Of a stretch of DNA of 64,000 bases, positions 63,399 to 64,000 are shown in pieces. The notes under the pieces are model-generated. The model had not been told where the DNA came from. It searched no databases and saw only the letters and a program-made list of their open reading frames with translations. The position numbers and the translations under genes were made by a program. Position 1 is the stretch's first letter. Each line of letters starts with the position of its first letter. The stretch lies in the sequence record OR896830.1. One strand, written 5' to 3'. Origin of the DNA: Escherichia phage LinBro.

Positions 63399-63491
63399 GG
63401 AAGATTAACCCTAAAAGGTAAGGGAGCAGTTTGCTAAACTGCCAGTAGCTGAGAAATCGGTGTACCAGTTCAAGTCTGGTATCTTCCTCCA
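63399..63491 (+). tRNA. tRNA-Ser (anticodon GCT), long variable arm
   Basis: Acceptor GGAAGAT/ATCTTCC perfect, anticodon stem GCAGT/ACTGC, loop TTGCTAA, long arm, T-arm ACCAG-TTCAAGT-CTGGT. Confidence 0.75.
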
Positions 63492-63495
63492 ATTT

Positions 63496-63571
63496 GAATC
63501 CGTGACAGAAATGGATATGTGCCTGTCTGCAAAACAGGTTTATAAGGGTTCGAGTCCCTTCGGATTCTCCA
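63496..63571 (+). tRNA. tRNA-Cys (anticodon GCA)
   Basis: Acceptor GAATCCG/CGGATTC perfect, anticodon stem CCTGT/ACAGG, loop CTGCAAA, T-arm AAGGG-TTCGAGT-CCCTT. Confidence 0.75.
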
Positions 63572-63608
63572 AGTTATTTTACTCTCTCTCAATTAAAATA
63601 ATAATAAT

Positions 63609-63668
63609 GCCCTGCTATAGGTATTCTTCCTTTCGCTACCGAAGAGTATTTTTAGACAGGGCTTTTTT
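63609..63668 (+). terminator. terminator-like long hairpin after tRNA cluster
   Basis: GCCCTG ... CAGGGC outer stem then TTTTTT. Confidence 0.45.
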
Positions 63669-63793
63669 ACAGAGTTATACTTTATAAGAAGGCTTATACA
63701 GTATGTCTCTGACGTACATTGTGGTTTCTCCTTGACGGTCTCTGTGCCGTCTTTTTTAAGGAGAAACATGGTTAATTATTTGGAGAAAACATA

Positions 63794-63994
63794 ATGAGTG
63801 AGACCGTTTATAAAGAACTTTATGAAGCTAACAAAAAGCTAGAATTTATGCAGAACACTATCATGGCAATTGCAGATAGATTATCTGTAGCAACAGGTAT
63901 TGATATCAAAGAAGCCTCTATGGATGCACTTCTTGATGCTGTTGATGCAAAGTTCGAAGTTAAGAAAGAAGAGACTGCTACAGACTCTGAATAA
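63794..63994 (+). CDS. hypothetical protein
   Basis: 66-aa ORF with stop just before window end. Confidence 0.35.
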   Translation: MSETVYKELYEANKKLEFMQNTIMAIADRLSVATGIDIKEASMDALLDAVDAKFEVKKEETATDSE

Positions 63995-64000
63995 TTCTAT

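Noticed and set aside
1-64000. T5-like or T4-like phage assignment
   Set aside because: tRNA cluster, thyA, frd and nrd genes fit both, but the fused T7-type primase-helicase, ~380-aa ATP-dependent ligase and family A polymerase do not fit T4, and T5 does not use a fused gp4-type primase-helicase as far as I recall. Lineage left open.
1-64000. Temperate lifestyle or integrated prophage
   Set aside because: No integrase, recombinase, repressor/anti-repressor pair, transposase or attachment-site-like tRNA fragment found.

Overview
This window reads as a contiguous piece of a large, AT-rich, virulent dsDNA phage genome, probably infecting a Gram-negative host (lipobox lipoprotein, overlapping spanin pair, sigma70-like promoters). 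No integrase, transposase or CRISPR array was seen. All calls are from reading the sequence and ORF track by eye; no searches or folding were run, so coordinates of RNAs and intron boundaries are approximate. Layout: (1) 1-1.5 kb, 3' end of a tail-fibre gene; (2) 1.5-11.5 kb, minus-strand block with thymidylate synthase, DHFR, ATP-dependent DNA ligase and a family A DNA polymerase interrupted by an HNH-endonuclease-bearing intervening sequence; (3) 11.7-41.9 kb, plus-strand replication and nucleotide-metabolism block (dNMP kinase, T7-like primase-helicase, SSB, flap endonuclease, NrdA/B, NrdH, NrdD split by a second HNH-bearing intervening sequence, NrdG, Prs-like plus Nampt-like NAD salvage pair, rIIA/rIIB-like, spanins, Macro-domain protein); (4) 42.3-47.8 kb, array of 13 small genes behind two families of conserved ~90-bp leader elements; (5) 47.8-49.4 kb, ORF-free repeat-dense region; (6) 49.4-56.4 kb, minus-strand block with T4-type lysozyme and Ig-like-domain paralogs; (7) 56.6-63.6 kb, a Ro60/Rsr-like TROVE+vWA protein followed by a cluster of about 27 tRNA genes. 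The most notable observation is that four paralogous structured RNA elements with a covarying closing stem, one carrying a permuted tRNA-like module, sit between the tRNAs directly downstream of the Ro60-like gene; this is a candidate phage Ro60 / Y-RNA-like system.
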